Source of the DNA: Picochlorum sp. SENEW3 | Lineage: Eukaryota | Assembly: GCA_034226945.1 (NCBI GenBank) | Contig: CP120460.1 | Coordinates: forward strand, 620,001 to 684,000 | DNA: 64,000 nucleotides | Reading direction: 5' to 3' | Shown: positions 10,635 through 22,526 of the stretch, piece after piece | Position numbering within the stretch: position 1 is the stretch's first letter | Layout of the letters: every line of letters starts with the position of its first letter | Notes under the pieces: model-generated | Told to the model about the DNA's origin: nothing | The model's input: the letters and a program-made list of their open reading frames with translations, nothing else | The model's database searches: none | Position numbers and translations under genes: made by a program

Positions 10635-11235
10635 GGTTCGTTCGTTTGGCAAAAGATGCAGAATTCTGGGAAACGGTTGCAGTGCTCTATACTACAATCT
10701 TCCTGTGCACCATCTGCATATTGACACAATGATGAATCATTTTGTATGCGTCGAAGAGGCCGGGACGTGTTTGTCGTGACAACTATGTCCAGCAAATTCA
10801 AATTTCACGTCTCTCCCAATTTTGGAGAGTTTAAACTCTGACAAACAATGAAACCATTCGCTATACACGATAATGACTTGTATCTCCAATAATATACACA
10901 TATATGTCATATATGTGATACTGATGACATAGAATAGCACGTACAAGAATTTCGGTTGAAAGTTGACACCCGTCGCGTTTGACTACTCTGCTCTCGATAT
11001 CCTGCTCTACTCTAAGTGAGAAGAATAGATAGCCAGTACCTAAACAGAGATAGAATTATTGTTATTAGTGATACTATGAACTGGGAGAGTAATATGATGA
11101 TGATGTTTGCTGTTGCGAATTGAACGCATCGCAATCATGTGTCCGGACAGAGGACCCTCTCTAATTAGAGATATTTGGTATAAAACAAAGCGCGCTCGAA
11201 ATTGAAATTTCAAATTGAGACCAATTTGGCGGGCG

Positions 11236-11927
11236 GTAATGCTGGAGCAGGATTTACTCACTTGATCATGCCATTCATTTATGAGGGCATTAACCTTCAT
11301 CAGCCATCATTCATTGCCTGGAGAGCAGCCATGTTTATCCCAGGCTCGGCCCAGGTTGTTATTGGACTCATCATCTTGGCTTTTGCCCAAGATCTTCCAG
11401 ATGGACAATACGGTCCAGTTCCAAAGAAGGAGGGAGCTTTGGTGACCAAGGGTGGAAAGTCTACCATTGCTGCCTATAGCAATTATCGCACATGGCTCAT
11501 GTTCCTGTCATATGGATATTGCTTTGGCGTGGAGCTGACAGTTGACAACAACATTTCACCATATCTTTACGATCAGTTCTCCCTCTCTTTGTCAACAGCA
11601 TCGCTGTTGGGAGCTGTCTTTTCCCTGACAAACATCTTTGCAAGAGGTCTTGGTGGGGTTGTGTCTGACTATGCCTGCAAATACTTTGGCATGAGAGGAC
11701 GTCTTTGGGCGTTGTGGATTGTACAGGTTGGAGGGGGAATTTGCTCTCTGCTCATGTTCTACGCCAAGAGTAGCCTTGGGCTGACAATGCTTGTCGTAGC
11801 CTTCTGGTCAATCTTGGTCCCAATGGCATGCGGAGCCTCCTATGGAATTGTTCCATTCATCACAAAGAGAGGACTTGGCTCAGCCTCTGGAATGGTTGGA
11901 GCGGGAGGCAATACAGGAGCATCTGTA
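11236..11927 (+). pseudogene. NRT2: Internal fragment of a high-affinity nitrate/nitrite transporter (NRT2/NNP family, MFS), truncated at both ends
   Basis: GNAGAGFTHLIMP, AWRAAMFIPG, YGYCFGVELT, NIFARGLGGVVSD, FGMRGRLWALW, ACGASYGIVPF, SGMVGAGGN. No ATG or splice acceptor at the left edge; similarity stops after GGNTGASV. Confidence 0.88.
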
Positions 11928-12195
11928 TTGCCTCGGTTCCATCGTGACATATCAAAAGGATGATTCAAGCAAGTAATATAAGTTTACTGCCTGGTTATTC
12001 TTCGCTTTGATTGGACTATGCTTCCATGAGACAAGGCCATTCAAACGGTTTTGAATGTAGAGGTTTTGTGATGCTTTGATTTTATTTGGCACACACGGGC
12101 GCTACGAATTATTAAATGCAATGTAAACTTTCATTAAATCAGCAATCAAAAGGCCATGCAAGAACTTAAAACTCAATCATCTGGGATTGATCAAA

Positions 12196-12384
12196 TGGCC
12201 TATGGAGGAAAAGGTGTACAGAAAACTCATCAAGAGGGTCCTTCTCGACGTCGAGGAACTCACCAGGCTCATTGATAAGTACCAGCTTGGAAATGGCACC
12301 AAATGGAGAGAAAATTGGCAAAAAGTCTGGGATGACAACCTTGCCAGATGCAAACAAGGCATGTGCCACATCCAACTCAGCTGA
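12196..12384 (+). pseudogene. Isolated C-terminal 62 codons of a sulfotransferase
   Basis: WPMEEKVYRKLI...CKQGMCHIQLS* aligns without gaps to the paralog B C-terminus (38/62 identical by hand count). Confidence 0.9.
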
Positions 12385-12453
12385 TGATTCTTTCTTTCTT
12401 ATAGATGTATTCCATTCTGAATGACATTCTTATACATACATGTATGCCATGCA

Positions 12454-12723
12454 TCACAGACCCCCTTCCTCTGCCACAGTCTTTGTCTTTTTGATCGACA
12501 AGGCATGAATCTCGGCCATCAATGATTGTCCAATACCCTCATTCACCAGCTTGTGTCTCTGGAGCAACCTCTTCCCCTCAAACATATCAGACACAGCATA
12601 GACTTCAAACGAACTACCACACCCCCCTGATATATCCAAAACCTCCACCTGATCAGATTTCAAATACTCCCGTAAACGATCCTGCAGCATCTGAGCATTC
12701 ACATGCTGCATTGGTTCGGTCAT
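12454..12723 (-). CDS. BOLA2: BolA-like protein (BolA2 type)
   Basis: DISGGCGSSFEV, SDMFEGKRLLQRHKLVN, EIHALSIK. Confidence 0.9.
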   Translation of the reverse strand: MTEPMQHVNAQMLQDRLREYLKSDQVEVLDISGGCGSSFEVYAVSDMFEGKRLLQRHKLVNEGIGQSLMAEIHALSIKKTKTVAEEGGL

Positions 12724-13061
12724 GATTTTTTGTCTTGACACGTTAAATCTTCTTCTTTCCTTCTTCTTCTTGATGCTGCTGCTGAATAATAAGTCAATAG
12801 CAATGATTTATATACCCTGATGATGATATTGATTGATATGTGGCCAACGACGACTCTGCCACATGGGCATTATCAGCAGCATATGACAAGTCCTGGTGTT
12901 TTTTATTGTATCATTTTATGGACATCAGCGTCCGTGTTTGATTGAAGAATCCACCCATGTAAAGTAAAATCACCCCATTTTGGGTCAGAATAATACGCAT
13001 TCAACTATATAGAGATATAGTATTGAGTAAATACCCTTGCCTGAGTAATAGTAGTACCAGT

Positions 13062-13864
13062 ATGGCGTTGGCACGTGCTTCCTTGGCCACAACGAACCAC
13101 ATGGCAGGTCAATCTCAACAGATAGGTAGACCACGGGGTTCATCTGCATTAACCACCACAAAAGCAAATACCATGGTTGTTGTACCGTCGCTGTTCAGGG
13201 GTTGTCTTGACAGGAATGCCAGCAGCAGCATGACACAGCGCTGGCATGGTCCAATCAAGACAGCATTGAACGATGAGGCGATACTGAGTAAAACTGTGGA
13301 TGAAATCATGACGACTGGGCGCATTGTGACATGCTCTCCTGATACGAGCCTGGACGATGCATTGGAACTGATTGTGGAACATCATGTGACTGGTCTTCCT
13401 GTGGTGGATGAGGAGAATAGGGTCGTTGGTATTATTAGTGATTTTGATTTATTGGCTCTGGAGGGAGTGAGTGAGGAGGAGAAGAGTGGTGGTCTGTTTC
13501 CTACTGCTGATAAGGACTGGAATTCTTTCTTTGAGGTTCAAAAGTTGGTGGAAAAGAATGCTGGTACAACGTACGTTGTGTTTATTTATTTATTTTTGTA
13601 TATATACATGGTGATTTGCTGATATCGATCCAAATATTGAATGAATATATATTTATATACATGTGCAGTGTGAGTGATGTGATGACCACAGATCCAGTGT
13701 GTGTGCGTGCGCTGACATCTATTCCAAGTGCTGCGCACTTGTTGCTGCATAAGCGTATCCGTCGATTACCCGTGACTGATGATGAAGGAAGGCTTATTGG
13801 TATTATTACTCGGAGTAATATCATCAAGGCTGCGTGGGAGTCTCGTAAGACCAAGCAGGTGTAG
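13062..13864 (+). CDS. Plastid CBS-domain protein (CBSX1/2-like); intron 13571-13668
   Basis: Transit peptide plus a CBS pair (VDEIMT...TGLPVVD...GIISDFDLL; VSDVMT...RRLPVTD...GIITRSNII). Confidence 0.9.
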
Positions 13865-14177
13865 GAACACTCTTTCCCATTGTAGTTTGCAAACAATTGT
13901 TGTATTGCTGTATTCATTCATTGCTGTAATAATAATCGATTGAATACCGTATGTATTGTATTATACACATGCATATGCAATTGGTTGGTGAAGGATCTGA
14001 TCCTGTATAGTAAAACTCGATACACTTTTTTTTCTTGCAAAAAAGCGTTGCCTGCTTCAATACAAGAAGCGATTGCTTCCTTTGAAAACTTCTACTACTA
14101 CCACTCGCATCGTGCGCGCATTTGCCATCCCGAAATTATTACTATTTTACAGGAATACAGACTGAAGAAAAAGAATA

Positions 14178-15680
14178 ATGGTCAATATACCTATTGGAGG
14201 AGGAGGAGGAGGAGAAGAAGATGACAAAGAAGTGCCGCATGTGGTCTCATCTGGTCGACATGTCGACTCGTTGCTCGCAGAACCCTTGTTGGCGGGGGCT
14301 GAGATTCCGTTTCATGAAGAACAAGAAGGAGAAGAAGAATATACAAGTAGTAGTGGTATAGATGAATTGAAGAGTCCCCATGATGGGCATTCTACAGCCG
14401 TGCAGGCTGTATCAAATCTAGTGTTAACCTCTGTTGGAGCTGGTATGCTTTCACTTCCCAAAGCATATGCAACGATTGGGCTTGTTCCAGGAGTCATGAT
14501 ATCTTTATTTGCTGGAGTATGTACGTTTGTGTGCTGCAAGACGATTGTGGTGAATTGTGCGGTGCATAGCAAGGATAGTTATGGTGGAGTTGTGGGGCAC
14601 TTGTTTGGTGGCATTGGGTATACAGCGCTTCAGGGGAGTATTATTCTTCATGTGTTCGGGGTCATGGTGGTATATATGGTGATTCTTGGGGATATCCTGG
14701 TAGGAGATGGGTCGTCAGGGATTATTCCATATGTGATGGGGTACACCGATGTGTCAAGGACTCTTGTGGTTGGGATTTTGATAGTTACCATCATCATGCC
14801 GATGCTCATCCCGAGAAGGCTTGATAGGGTTGGAACGTTTAGTAGAGCGTCAGTGTATTTGATACTGTATGTGACAGCGACGTTGACGGTGCTGTGTCTT
14901 GTTGCACTGGTGCAAGGGGTGTCGGGGATTCCTAGTGTTGCACTGTGGCCACCTGGGGGGTCGCCACTGTCTGTCATGGAATCATGCCTGACGTCTTTTT
15001 CAGTGACCGCGTTGGCCTTTACGTGCCATTTTAATCTCGTTGCGGTTCATAACTCATTGCGGGATAGTAGAGTAGGGGTCATGAAAGGCGTGGTGAAGCA
15101 ATCCACATTCTTGGTCACAGTGCTGTATACCGTGGTTGCCTTGGCTGGATATGTCTTGTTTGGAGAGCGTGTGCAAGGGGATGTGCTGAAAGATCTCACA
15201 ATCCGATTCACTGGGATGTTGGTGGGTGAGACTGCAGCAATGTGGATTATTAGTGTATCTTTGGTATCGTATGCGTTGGCACTGCAGGTCAACTATGTGT
15301 TGAAAGTGTGGGCAGTTCGAAATGCTGTGGTCGAGGTGGTGTGGGGCCGAAATGAGTATGAGCTCACGTTGCCGGCGTATTACGGTTTGACAGTGATTCT
15401 TGTCGCTGCAAGTTATGTCGTGAGTATTTTCATCCCATCTATTTTTACATTGGCAGCATTAATTGGGTCCACTGCATGCGCCATATTTTCCTACTTCTTT
15501 CCCGGTTTGATGATGATGTACTCGTGCAAAAAGAGCATACGGGAGGTATTGATGGGAGTTTTTGCGATTCTTTTATCATTTACAATGGCAATTTTTGGAA
15601 CAATGCATGCAATTCGTGGTATGAGGAATCCAGATTCCGATCCCGATGGCGGCAGTAATGTGTTGGGGTTATTATTCTAA
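14178..15680 (+). CDS. Amino acid transporter (Aa_trans; AVT6/SLC38-like)
   Basis: NLVLTSVGAGMLSLPKA, AFTCHFN, about 11 TM segments. Confidence 0.9.
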   Translation: MVNIPIGGGGGGEEDDKEVPHVVSSGRHVDSLLAEPLLAGAEIPFHEEQEGEEEYTSSSGIDELKSPHDGHSTAVQAVSNLVLTSVGAGMLSLPKAYATIGLVPGVMISLFAGVCTFVCCKTIVVNCAVHSKDSYGGVVGHLFGGIGYTALQGSIILHVFGVMVVYMVILGDILVGDGSSGIIPYVMGYTDVSRTLVVGILIVTIIMPMLIPRRLDRVGTFSRASVYLILYVTATLTVLCLVALVQGVSGIPSVALWPPGGSPLSVMESCLTSFSVTALAFTCHFNLVAVHNSLRDSRVGVMKGVVKQSTFLVTVLYTVVALAGYVLFGERVQGDVLKDLTIRFTGMLVGETAAMWIISVSLVSYALALQVNYVLKVWAVRNAVVEVVWGRNEYELTLPAYYGLTVILVAASYVVSIFIPSIFTLAALIGSTACAIFSYFFPGLMMMYSCKKSIREVLMGVFAILLSFTMAIFGTMHAIRGMRNPDSDPDGGSNVLGLLF

Positions 15681-15697
15681 ACAGTAGTATTATTCAT

Positions 15698-17180
15698 TCA
15701 CAGTGCTACCCTAATGGCGTGGCGTGATATTCGGCCGCATGAGATGCACTGGCGGTGCGTCGTTTTCTGGTGGCCCGTGCTGCTCATATGGCAGATGAGG
15801 CTGTGGCATGATTTGAACACCTTGTCACATTGCATGCAAGCAATGCCATCCTGCAATAAGAATAACATTGTTAGTATTATTATAAACACCATTTTTTCTA
15901 TACTGCCACTGATGATAATAATAATAATAATCAATGAATTGTTAAAAGAAAAGGATGTCGGGTGTATAGCGGTTTCAGGTATTCAGAAACCTGATGCAAA
16001 TTACCCATAAATGTAAACATCGTCATTCATCCCTTTGATGTGACACGAGAAAAACAATTGTGCTGGACTCAGTATGAGTAGGAGAGTCTTGATATATCCG
16101 CATGAAGCATCAGACAAAAGTATCCTCATCGTCACAGCACATACACATGCATCTTTACATACATACCTTGGCCGACATCAAAGACGTATTGCCTCTGCTG
16201 AGCTCTGCTCCCATGAGGTGCCCGCAGGATGCACACGGCATTGAAGATGCATGCCATGCACGGAACTTTTTGAATACATACACAGTCATAAATGCATCCA
16301 ATGCTGCATACGTTATTTGAATTCTATTCAATGTTTTCCGCTGCCAGTCAGATCGAGACACGTGGTTCATCTTGGGAAGAGGTTGCCCCAACACTCTGGT
16401 GCACAGTGATGACAGGCCACATGACTCTGGGTACCCAAGCCTTGCAGCCACATTTTGAAGATCCATAAAATTTCGAAAATCTCTCTTGCCAAAGCCAAAT
16501 GTCGACTGCATCTTCTTCTCATCACAGGAATCCCATGAGAAGGCAATGAATGTCATGTGAGATGCAAAAAGATTTTGCAACTGCATTGGCAAAACTTCCC
16601 AGCGATGGCATCGAAACAAAACACAGCACGAATCACTTGCTATTTGAATCAAAGCGACTGGATTGTCCGAGTATTTCGAGTCGGGTCTCCATTCCAAATC
16701 AATAGCAAGAATATCATCATGCTTGCTCTGAAGCAACGTTTCCAATGCCCAGTCTATTCGGTCATCTCGTTCCACAACAATCACATCTAGAGATCTAGAC
16801 TCATTTGTATATATGCACTCACTCGATGGTCGTAGGTGCAATGGGCTTTTCATGATGGAAATCCAGTCACGAATCTGAGGCATGACAACTGGCATGCTTG
16901 TCCAATACACGTCCGATGTGCATGCATTGCCCTCCTCCTCTGACGATGAGTCATGGATTAATATCTTTATATCACTAGTATGATTGCTTTTCTGTTTGGG
17001 ATTGTCTTTTGCCTTCTTCTCGAGACGCTTGGCAAGTTTGAGTTCGGCGGCTCGTCGTTTCAGACTCTTCTTATGCCTATTCCTTGTTGCATCTGGAATT
17101 TCTAAATAATTTCTGGACGAGGATGGCTCACTAGTGTCTTGGCGAGCGAATATTTGCTCTTGGGCCAAAGACACAGGCAT
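15698..17180 (-). CDS. DEDDy 3'-5' exonuclease (WRN-exo-like) with a C-terminal zinc finger; probable intron 16166-15851
   Basis: AIDLEWRP, VALIQIA, DLQ, SDW...YAALDA. The last exon DGIACMQCDKVF...HMSSTGH (C2H2) joins in phase 0. Confidence 0.82.
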
Positions 17181-17533
17181 GGCAACTTGTGAGACCTCGA
17201 TTAGTCCCCGTACACAGAATCTATGTCATTAAATATGTGTAATGAATTATAAAATGATATAATGCGTCCTACATTGCCATGATAGATGCACAGAAGATGG
17301 ACACAGTTGCATTGAAAATGCAGTGTATGTTAATTAAGGAGAGGTGAGATGATTCGTCGTTTTGAGCTCTCAATTGCACGTTACAGAGCTTTATCCCAGT
17401 CATAAATTATTACAAATACCTTGGCTATTATAAGACTATAGCGCATCATGAGAATGGGGTCGTCGGGAATGTAAGGGCCCACTTGGTTTGAATAATACTG
17501 TGGGTGTAGGGTATCGATATTTCCCTCGGCACA

Positions 17534-18406
17534 ATGTCGAATACTACTATCTTCGCCTGGCTCTTGTCTCCTATTGTTTTCGGGACTTTGGTTGGGCTTG
17601 TCATTCCTGGGAGCGAGTATATTGAGACAGCAGTCTTGAGGCAGTTGAGTTCTGTTCTTGGCTGGACCTACTTGTTAGCCTGGGGCAAATCTTTCTATCC
17701 TCAAATTGTTTTGAATTATCAAAGAAAGAGCATTGAGGGGCTCTCTGTTGATTTTCAGCTTTTAAATTTCCTTGGGTTTGCGTGTTACTCGGTGTACAAC
17801 TGCGCATTATTTTGGGATTGCGCCATTCGGCAAGAGTATTTTGACATCCATGGGCATCCTCCTGCTGTCCACATTAACGATGTCGTATTCGCTCTCCATG
17901 GATTTGTGATGACTTCTATTGCTTTTCTTCAATGTTTCTTGTATGGATCACCGAGAAAGTCGCTATCAAAGATGGCTGTTTTGTTTTCTGCTTGCACATG
18001 TTTTGTGTGTGGCATGTTGTCATTGCTATTAGGACTACATGTGTCATGGATCGGACTTGATTGGATGTCACTCATTTACATACTCTCATATATCAAGGTT
18101 TTCATAACTCTGATTAAATACATGCCTCAAATTATCCTCAATTTTAGGAGACAATCGACAGAAGGCTGGTCTGTGATTCAGGTGTGCTTGGATGCTGAAG
18201 GAGGCATCTTCTCCACTGCACAGCAAATACTGGATGCCATTGTGACACAGCATCGTTCATCAATCACAGGAAATCCAGCAAAAATGGGTCTAGGTCTTAT
18301 ATCTCTTGTGTTTGATGCAATATTGATGATACAGCATTGGGTTCTGTATCCAGACAATGATGCAGATGACAATGATACACACCCATTGCTTGGTATCCAG
18401 TCATGA
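17534..18406 (+). CDS. Cystinosin-like PQ-loop lysosomal/vacuolar transporter
   Basis: SFYPQIVLNYQRKSIEGLSVDF and KYMPQIILNFRRQSTEGWS. Confidence 0.92.
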   Translation: MSNTTIFAWLLSPIVFGTLVGLVIPGSEYIETAVLRQLSSVLGWTYLLAWGKSFYPQIVLNYQRKSIEGLSVDFQLLNFLGFACYSVYNCALFWDCAIRQEYFDIHGHPPAVHINDVVFALHGFVMTSIAFLQCFLYGSPRKSLSKMAVLFSACTCFVCGMLSLLLGLHVSWIGLDWMSLIYILSYIKVFITLIKYMPQIILNFRRQSTEGWSVIQVCLDAEGGIFSTAQQILDAIVTQHRSSITGNPAKMGLGLISLVFDAILMIQHWVLYPDNDADDNDTHPLLGIQS

Positions 18407-18422
18407 GTTTTTTTTACATATT

Positions 18423-19778
18423 TTATGTTTCAATGCATTGTTCAAAACCTTCTCGAATGATATCTTCTTCCAAATCTCTGCCGATAAAGACCATTTTGCT
18501 GATGCGCTCCTCATCCGGCTTCCACTCTCTATCTGGCATTCCTTCAAACATCATATGGACACCCTGAAAGACAAATCTCCTGTCAAAATCTTTGATTGCG
18601 AGGACACCCTTCATTCTATATATATCGTTTGATTTCACCTCAAGGAGTCCACCTAACCAATAATTCACCTTGCCAAGGTTCATATTTCCCTTCAAGGTGA
18701 TGCTCACACTAGACACCTCATCACCATGATGATGATGATGGTGATGGTGATCATGGTCATGGCTCTCATGCGTACAGTCGGGCCCACATTCATGATCATG
18801 GTCATGATGGTGTTCTTCATCCAAGGATGCATTCCCTGTAATCTCATCATCAACCTTTTCCAAGTCAAACCCGCCAATTCCCAAGACATACTCCATATCG
18901 ACATTTGCCTTCTCAGCTCTCTTGACAGATGCCAGTCGATTAATATCCCGAATCCTATCCTCCAACATATCGACATCTTTCTCATCCACCAAGTCGATTT
19001 TATTCAACACAATCCTATCCGCAAACGCAATCTGCTCTACAGACTCGTTCACCGTGCCATCCTTTCGCTCCTCATCCAAATGCTGCTCTATATGCTTGGC
19101 ATCCACGAGTGTTAGCACGCCATCCAACCTCATATTCTCAGCAATCTCTTGTTCCAAGAAAAACGTCTGTACGATGGGCCCAGGATTCGCCAATCCAGTC
19201 GTCTCAATCACCACTCGGTCAAATCTGTCCTTTTTTGTCCTCACCAATGTCGACAGCATATTGACCAAATCACTCCGCACAGTACAACAGATGCATCCAT
19301 TGTTCAACATCAGAATCTGCTCCTCTCCTGGATCCAAATCCTCCCTCACAGACACCAAATCGCTATCAATATCAATTTCACCAAACTCATTCTCAATCAC
19401 CGCAATCCGATGCCCATGATCTGCTGTTAATATTCTGTTCAACAATGTTGTCTTCCCACTACCAAGAAACCCGGTCAATACAGTCACGGGAATCCTCGTA
19501 TCCACGATATTTCTGTCGATTGCAGCCTCGTCTTCCGTCGCATTTGCATACACTCGATGTGGCCCCCTAGACAAGCTCTTGCTTGTCCTTGTCTTCCTTC
19601 TGCTGCTGCTGGTGGTGGTGGTGGACAGACCTTCTCGGACGTGTGCAGGCAGGCAATGCATACCCCTGCAAGCTTTGGTCGATAGTATACGAAACCCTGG
19701 CTGATACAAATATGACGACGCGACTGGAAACGCCAGTCGTGGTTTGCGTGAGCATACACCCACGGTTTGCGGACCCAT
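18423..19778 (-). CDS. COG0523/CobW-family G3E GTPase metallochaperone (ZNG1-like), probably plastid-targeted, with a His-rich insert
   Basis: [31 protein letters not shown], His-rich tract, CobW_C (RMKG...FQGVH). Confidence 0.93.
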   Translation of the reverse strand: MGPQTVGVCSRKPRLAFPVASSYLYQPGFRILSTKACRGMHCLPAHVREGLSTTTTSSSRRKTRTSKSLSRGPHRVYANATEDEAAIDRNIVDTRIPVTVLTGFLGSGKTTLLNRILTADHGHRIAVIENEFGEIDIDSDLVSVREDLDPGEEQILMLNNGCICCTVRSDLVNMLSTLVRTKKDRFDRVVIETTGLANPGPIVQTFFLEQEIAENMRLDGVLTLVDAKHIEQHLDEERKDGTVNESVEQIAFADRIVLNKIDLVDEKDVDMLEDRIRDINRLASVKRAEKANVDMEYVLGIGGFDLEKVDDEITGNASLDEEHHHDHDHECGPDCTHESHDHDHHHHHHHHGDEVSSVSITLKGNMNLGKVNYWLGGLLEVKSNDIYRMKGVLAIKDFDRRFVFQGVHMMFEGMPDREWKPDEERISKMVFIGRDLEEDIIREGFEQCIET

Positions 19779-20041
19779 ACTGTATACCAGAGACCAGAGG
19801 TTTACACGAGCTTCCTTTATACGGTACTTGTAAAATGTAGTTAATGTAAAATTGCACAACACATTGGCATTGGCCAATGGACATGCTGTTGAACAAGGCC
19901 AAAAATCCTGTGATAGGAGCATCTCCGATGAAATGTATGCTTTGATCGGAGAGGCAAAGAGGCTTCAGGCCACGATGTCCTTTTCCATGACATGTCTCGG
20001 GAACTCGGGTTTTCGTCATAGATTTAGCAAATAGTAATTCC

Positions 20042-22363
20042 ATGGGAGATACTCATACTCATACTCCTGGGAAGAGCGAGCAACAGGCTCAGAAGGTTCG
20101 TTCCCTCCTTCAGTCCTATTACAGTTCACAGGACAAGGAAGGCATCGTCGGGAGAGAGTACAGCGAGGATGCTTCCCCTGATAAACATCCAGAAGAAGGA
20201 GATTTAGATCTTTTTTTATTGGGGCAGGCTGATGTGCAACGACACGTTAACAAGCTGGTCAAGGAAAAGAGGTTGGGAGAGCTCTTGGAGGAGGAAAGAA
20301 GAGTGGCAACGGAGGCCGGGAATGCGGATATAGAGCTCCGTAATATTGTATATGAGTCATATAGTAGATTTGTTGAAGCAAGTAGCGTGGTGGATGATTT
20401 GGCTGGAGCACTGGAAGGGTTGGATGCACAGCTACACACCCTGGATTCGTTGGTGTCTCGCGTGGTGTCACAAAGTAAGGACATTGATGATGCATTGAAT
20501 GAGCAGCAGCGGGTGATTATTGATATGAACCAATCCCGTACTATGTTGCACAAAGTAGCGTTATTGTTCAAGGTTCCTAGGAAGATGAAGGTTGCTGTTG
20601 AACGAGGGGCCTATGATGTGGCTGTGGAGTTGTACGCTGATGCAAAGCCTGTGCTTGCAGCATATAGTAAGGATCATGCGGCGATTCGAGAGATATCAGA
20701 TGAGATTGAAATATATAGAAGTTTGATGGTGGAATCGCTACGGACCAAGCTCATGGGGGAATCGGATGGAAAGAATGATGACTCTGTGGTGATGATGCTT
20801 GCCACGTTGGATGAACCAACAGATTCGCTTGTGGGGATCTTTTTGGCATCGCAGCGGTCTAAAATCAAACATGAAGTTTATATTTTCATAGGAATGCTAG
20901 AAGCGTGTGAGACGTTGCACGATATGGTTGGTATTGTGGATTCCAATGTGTTTCATATGGTTGAGTCTCTTATTGGGCCAATGGTGGGAATCTCTGAAAA
21001 GTTGTTCCATTCATCCGCCAGGGATGATGTTGTAGATGTTGTGAGAGAATATTTAAATACTATTCACGAGTCGATCCGGTCGTGTGTGATGGCCAAGATG
21101 GTACATGTGGTGGCCCTTGTTGGAGGCATGGATATATCAGGGATGGAGTTGGAGCGCCCTGTGTCACCAGAAGAGGTTTTGAATCAGAATGATCCTCTGC
21201 AGGTTGAGCCCGTATATCTTATGTTGGATACTCTTAAAAGGCACTCGATGTCACTAGATGAGCTTGTCCCTGAAGGGTTGGCTGTCAATGCATTGCATGT
21301 CTTGGTTGGAGATATTCTTGACAGCCATGTGAGAGCAGTGTTTTCTGTCATCGGTGCTCGCTGGTTTAAAGGAGTGAAGCAAATCATGATGAAAATAGTG
21401 ATGAGTTATAGTACGGGCGACGATCCGAATTCATACCGGTTTTTGAAGATGGATATGAAGGCTCTGGATGTGCAGGCAAGACAAGACTTTGGCATCATCC
21501 AGTCCTGTGGCATGACGTGGGTAGTCCATCGATGGATTCAGGAAGAATGGGTAGATTTTCTGTTGAAAAGTATTATAAATTCCTGGAGTGATACAACCAT
21601 GCATCTTGGGAGCCTTGTGGCACGCATTGTAGATATCAGCATGGATTCGAGAAGGCAGGCTACCAGCTCAGTCATGATGCTGGAACACGCATACTCTGTT
21701 CCCACAACATTAACCGGAACAAAGGCCCCACTGGCGAGCCTTTGTCTTTTCAATACACTTGGTCGGATGTCTGACTTTATGCAAGACAAGGTGAAGGACG
21801 TATGCAAAGGTATTGTGCTCGTATCACCAAACCGGCAGCCAGGCTCTCCCGCGAGTGAATTTGACCACTCCCATGGACCAGACATACAGGCAACGATTGA
21901 TGCGCTGGGGACACACTATGTAGTTCTCATAAAAAAGAAATTAAAAGATTCACTGGGAACATTGGACCAAGTCCTTGCGGCATCATCCACCCCTCCTTTG
22001 AGCCCCAGCACCATTGCAACTACTCTTGTCCAGGCATGCCTTCGTGTGGAGACTGATTACGGTACAGTGGGGATGGCTGATACGGATGCACAAAAGCCAC
22101 ATGCGCGGATATGGGAAATAATAGAGCATACCATCATGACGGAACTCGACATGATCAAGTCGCTCCAGCTCTCCAAGGCAGCATTTCAGCAGATTCAAGT
22201 GGACTGCCACCTCATCAAACAACAGCTTTCCAGTCACACCAATGACCCCATGAGCATGACCGAGCTTCTTGATAGACTCTCGATCACAGCTGCAGAGCAA
22301 TGTGATGAACCAATCCTCTTGGACCCGATCGCGCTGGATAAGATTGTCTCCTCATCAGTCTGA
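20042..22363 (+). CDS. VPS51: Vps51 (GARP/EARP complex subunit)
   Basis: RSLLQSYY, DIELRNIVYESYSRFVEAS, LLFKVP and C-terminal FQQIQVDC. Confidence 0.85.
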   Translation: MGDTHTHTPGKSEQQAQKVRSLLQSYYSSQDKEGIVGREYSEDASPDKHPEEGDLDLFLLGQADVQRHVNKLVKEKRLGELLEEERRVATEAGNADIELRNIVYESYSRFVEASSVVDDLAGALEGLDAQLHTLDSLVSRVVSQSKDIDDALNEQQRVIIDMNQSRTMLHKVALLFKVPRKMKVAVERGAYDVAVELYADAKPVLAAYSKDHAAIREISDEIEIYRSLMVESLRTKLMGESDGKNDDSVVMMLATLDEPTDSLVGIFLASQRSKIKHEVYIFIGMLEACETLHDMVGIVDSNVFHMVESLIGPMVGISEKLFHSSARDDVVDVVREYLNTIHESIRSCVMAKMVHVVALVGGMDISGMELERPVSPEEVLNQNDPLQVEPVYLMLDTLKRHSMSLDELVPEGLAVNALHVLVGDILDSHVRAVFSVIGARWFKGVKQIMMKIVMSYSTGDDPNSYRFLKMDMKALDVQARQDFGIIQSCGMTWVVHRWIQEEWVDFLLKSIINSWSDTTMHLGSLVARIVDISMDSRRQATSSVMMLEHAYSVPTTLTGTKAPLASLCLFNTLGRMSDFMQDKVKDVCKGIVLVSPNRQPGSPASEFDHSHGPDIQATIDALGTHYVVLIKKKLKDSLGTLDQVLAASSTPPLSPSTIATTLVQACLRVETDYGTVGMADTDAQKPHARIWEIIEHTIMTELDMIKSLQLSKAAFQQIQVDCHLIKQQLSSHTNDPMSMTELLDRLSITAAEQCDEPILLDPIALDKIVSSSV

Positions 22364-22526
22364 CAGCGGCCCCCTTTCTAGATATTGTTGGCCAGTCCAA
22401 GAATCCAGTTGGAGTATAAGATTGGATGCAGCGCGTTGACATGCATCTCTGAATTCCATATTCAATGTCATACGATACATATTTAAAAAATAGAATAAAG
22501 TAACGCTTCGTATTCAAAACCTCACC

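Noticed and set aside
18725..18812. (GAT/GGT)n simple repeat
   Set aside because: It encodes the His-rich metal-binding tract normal for COG0523 proteins.
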